From: Neoconidiobolus thromboides FSU 785 | Lineage: Eukaryota; Fungi; Entomophthoromycota | NCBI GenBank assembly: GCA_025603075.1 | Contig: MU626360.1 | Coordinates: forward strand, 1-64,000 | DNA: 64,000 nt | Direction of reading: 5' to 3' | Shown here: positions 60,631 through 64,000 of the stretch, piece after piece | Layout: every line of letters starts with the position of its first letter | Numbering within the stretch: position 1 is the first letter of the stretch | The notes under the pieces: model-generated | Told to the model about the DNA's origin: nothing | The model's database searches: none | The model's input: only the letters and a program-made list of their open reading frames with translations | Translations under genes and position numbers: made by a program

Positions 60631-61923
60631 TTATTCCCTTTCAAAGATAGCAGCCATACCCATACCAGTACCAATACACATAGAGATAGCTCCAAGTTTC
60701 TTGTTTTGTCTTTTAAGTTCTGGGAAGAGGGTGGCAACTTGGCGAGCTCCAGTACAACCTAAAGGATGACCAAGAGCAATAGCTCCTCCTTTTGGATTAA
60801 CTTTGTTATAATCTAAACCAAGTTTTTCGATACTGTAAACAGCTTGAGATGCAAAGGCTTCATTTAACTCAACGATTTCAATATCTTGGACTTGAACTCC
60901 GGCTTTTTTAGCAGCAGCTGGAATTGCATAAGCTGGTCCAACACCCATAATATGTGGTGGTACACCAACTACAGCTGAAGAAACATATTTACCTAAGATA
61001 GGTAATTTGAGTTGCTCAGCTTTGCTACGACGCATTAATAAGACAGCGGCAGCACCATCGGATACTTGAGAAGCGTTACCGGCAGTGGTGAAACCATCCT
61101 TAGAGAAGGCTGGTTTAAGTTTATTCAAAGTTTCAAAGGTGGTTTCTGGGCGGATACCATCATCTTTAGTTATAGTAACCTTCTTTTCATTACCTTCTTT
61201 ATCAAGAACAATGGTTTCAACTGGGATGATTTCCTCATCGAAATATCCATTTTTTTGTGCAAGTGCAGCTTTTTGATGAGAAGTAGCAGCAAATTTATCT
61301 TGTTTTTCACGTGATACTTTGAATTCTTTAGCTACATTTTCTGAGGTGATACTAATTAACAAATATAAAAATTTAAGTAACACATATATATAATAAACTT
61401 ACCCCATAGGTAAAAGAGATTCTGCAGCCTGTTTAGTAGAGTTTACAGCTTCAGAGATAGAAGTTGGTTGAGCTTGAGCACCATAATGCATGGTCATAGA
61501 TTCAACACCAGCAGCAATACCAACATCAATCAAGTTAGCTTGAATTGAGGAAGCGATGGCAGCAACAGCTTGAAGACCAGAAGAGCATTGTCGGTTAACA
61601 GAATAAATAGGAACAGAGTCTGGGATACCGGCATGTAAAGAGGCCATACGAGACATAGTGGCAGCAGTACCAGTTAATACATTACCTACAGCTATGTCTT
61701 CAACTATTTTTGGATCAATCTTACTCTTTTGAATAACAGCTTTGAATACGGCGGACAATAAGTCTTCGATATGAGTATCTTTGAAACCACCTTTACGTGC
61801 GCGAGTGATTGGGGTACGCAAAGCAGCTATGATAACTACATCGTCACCTGATTTGTGACCTACCTTAGTAGCGTTTTTGGTAGATAACTGATTGCTGATT
61901 TGGTTTAATCTTTGAGAAGCCAT
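60631..61923 (-). CDS. POT1: Peroxisomal 3-ketoacyl-CoA thiolase, one intron
   Basis: PTS2 RLNQISNQL; VNRQCSSGLQA (catalytic Cys); TAGNASQVSDGAAA; NEAFASQ; GGAIALGHPLGCTGAR; SMCIGTGMG. Confidence 0.95.
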
Positions 61924-63141
61924 TTTAAAATTAAGTTTTAAATTTCAATTGACGTATATTTATACTTTTAGTTTTAACTCCTAATTAAATTAATGAGGTT
62001 GATTGGTTGCCTATAATTTACTATTTACTAATCCTTACCAAGTATTCATTGTCTATTTGAACACTTATTGGCTGGTTCTGGATTCAATTGCAAGTGCCAT
62101 TCATTCTCTCAGCTGATTTTTATTAAGCAGTTAAGAATGGAAAACCATGTGAAAAAAGGATATTAGTTCCCTCAAGCATGGCTTCAATTAACTGAATGCG
62201 GGAGTAGCAGAGTGAGCATATTATAATAATATTTATTCAGAAGATACACTATAATACTATTCAAAAAATAGTAGTTTTAAAAGAGATTCTAAGTTTAAAA
62301 CTAATATATTAAAACTAAAATCTACGCTTAGAATGAGTTTATTAGATTTAATCACTAGCAGGTTTTAATTACTAGCAATTGTTCTCTATTGTTTAATAGA
62401 ATAATCCAATTTCGCAAAAATAAATTGTCATTTTGAAACGCAAATTTAAATTTTAGCCTTGATGTTTATATTTTCTATAATTATAGAGATTTCTCATATT
62501 TTTAGTTACTTCTCATTTAATCCACCTCTTTTCAAACTTTGTTTGTATTAGGTTTTTCCAAAAATTATTTGAATTTTTCAAAAGTTCAAAACAATAGTGG
62601 TGTAGAATTGAGATAGTATTTAGATTTTATACATTTTTATTTATATATATAATTTGTACTAATGCAACCAATGACTATATGCTTTTTAATAATAAAGGAA
62701 GGAATTTATGGAAACCTAAGATTACACAATAGAAAAAAACATTTTAAAGATCATAAATGAAAACAGTTTATTAGGCTGATTTATGTTTCAGAAATTTTAT
62801 AACTAAAAAAGCAGTCAAAGGTAGCTAAATAACCACTGCAGCGGTTGAAGAAATTTATTAAAATGAACACTGTCTTCAAACATTAAGGAAATCTACTGAT
62901 GGGACTGACAGCATACTATTTAATACATGCACAAAAAACACCTGCTATACAAAAGCCAATCTACTACATATTAAAAAAATTGAGTGAAAAGATAAGAATA
63001 TCAAGTATCCATTCTTATAATCAATTTTTTTTCAGTGTTCAACCATCTTAAAATTAAAGTCAATATTTAAATAAATTATCTATTTTATTAAAACTATATC
63101 CCGGAAAACAACATCAATATTTAATTATATCATTAACAACA

Positions 63142-63756
63142 TTAAGCCCTTTCTAATATAAAAAGCCATTTGAAATAAATCTTTATCTTGGAGATAAAGA
63201 TATGTGAATATTTTCTACAATAATCATCTATGAAATCAACCACCAAAATATGACAAAAAAATATCAAAACCAAAGGAGTAAGTAAGCCTAAGATAATAAT
63301 TCCAATTAGGCTTTGAAAGATAATGCCAAGGATTGCCCCAGTACTAATACCGACACAAAAAAATTTTAAAATTTGAATAAAAAACTTGTAACGGATAGCT
63401 AAAAGACCAAGGGTGAAACTGAATAATGTAACAAGCACTAGTAATATCACCAAAGGAACTCTAGCTTTATCTAAGGGCTCAATATTTGTTAAAAATTTCT
63501 CAAAAGTTAAATCCAGATGGGTGTTTATACTTATGAATAGTACTCCTATTGTAAGCAATATATACCAGATTACAAAAGTCACTGTTAGTATGTACACTAA
63601 ATTTTTGAAGCGTTGGGATAAGGCCAATAGTATGAATAAAATAAATAAAAGATTGAAAAACCAAAAAGAGATTATTTTTGAAGTTGGATTTATGTTAATA
63701 AATAGAGAGTATAGTACAGTCAGTATAATTTGTTTGAAGAAAAGAGTTAGAACCAT
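63142..63756 (-). CDS. Multi-pass membrane protein, possibly DUF4203/TM7S3-like
   Basis: 204-aa ORF with about 6 hydrophobic segments and FFCVGISTGAILG. The family guess is weak, and AT-rich DNA can yield hydrophobic ORFs by chance. Confidence 0.45.
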   Translation of the reverse strand: MVLTLFFKQIILTVLYSLFININPTSKIISFWFFNLLFILFILLALSQRFKNLVYILTVTFVIWYILLTIGVLFISINTHLDLTFEKFLTNIEPLDKARVPLVILLVLVTLFSFTLGLLAIRYKFFIQILKFFCVGISTGAILGIIFQSLIGIIILGLLTPLVLIFFCHILVVDFIDDYCRKYSHIFISKIKIYFKWLFILERA

Positions 63757-63958
63757 TACATAACAAATATTGATAAATAAATTGAAAGATCAAATCTAAA
63801 AGATTATTTATTTGTTTTTATATAATTCACTTCATAAAGTTCTATTAATCTAAAAGAACTTTAATAAATTAATTTTTATTATTACAAGTCAGAGCTATTC
63901 GCTCTCTTTTTGTGAGCTTTAGTTTTGAATAGGAATTGATTTATCAAATTTACTATAT

Positions 63959-64000
63959 GGAGGTTTTTTTTTGCTTCATTATTTTTTCCATCTTTTAAGC
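63959..64000 (+). mobile_element. MITE-like element copy 22 (cut by window edge)
   Basis: ATAT then GGAGGTTTTTTTTTGCTTCATTATTTTTTCCATCTTTTAAGC. Confidence 0.85.

Noticed and set aside
62097-62220. snR30/U17 or TPP riboswitch identity for the structured segment
   Set aside because: AAACCAT (m2-like) is present but the m1 motif AUAUUCCUA is not, and the TPP core motifs (CUGAGA, ACCUG) are absent.
24132-63763. Other overlapping ORFs (24132, 24154, 24337, 27817, 28573, 31031, 31781, 35370, 47017, 47231, 47524, 47627, 49302, 56571, 59753, 61066, 61085, 63413)
   Set aside because: All but 35370 lie antisense or out of frame to supported genes, and 35370 is a short motif-free ORF in the promoter gap; composition reflects the opposite strand or AT-richness.
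8288-64000. The dispersed repeat as a CRISPR array, SINE or Helitron
   Set aside because: Copies are dispersed in both orientations with no regular spacers. There are no A/B boxes or poly-A tail and no TC...CTRR ends. TIRs plus a 4-bp TSD indicate a cut-and-paste DNA element.
8288-64000. RIP-like mutation of MITE copies (many GGGG to GGAG/GAGG and CCCC to CTCC changes)
   Set aside because: The changes are not confined to a CpA context, some variants recur as inherited subfamily states, and GC-to-AT drift is expected in this genome. It cannot be separated from background without a full alignment.

Overview
AT-rich, intron-containing eukaryotic DNA from an early-diverging fungus. The very low GC, 40-60 nt introns and gene content suggest an Entomophthoromycotina/Conidiobolus-like genome; this is inference. 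Housekeeping genes: MFS transporter, AKTIP/FTS, NOT4, SSO-type syntaxin, kinesin, phytochelatin synthase, class 3 lipase, ATG101, succinate-semialdehyde dehydrogenase, aminopeptidase P, VPS25, ALG6, nitronate monooxygenase, ATP10 and peroxisomal thiolase. There are three intact tRNA genes (Thr, Met, Asn) and one tRNA-Glu relic. The ORF track misses or fragments several genes because of introns. Three things stand out. (1) A ~98-bp MITE-like element occurs 22 times, with 15-bp GGGGATGT-type terminal inverted repeats and a 4-bp AWWT target-site duplication. One copy interrupts an F-box gene, and removing it plus one TSD restores the reading frame exactly. (2) An accessory block at 39-54 kb holds five F-box paralogues (one intact) and two beta-propeller paralogues (one intact), arranged in mirror symmetry. 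(3) The gene at the centre of that block encodes a secreted histidine-brace (LPMO-like) protein with a WTPPPGYNPY repeat tail. All family assignments come from motif recognition by eye; no database search was run.
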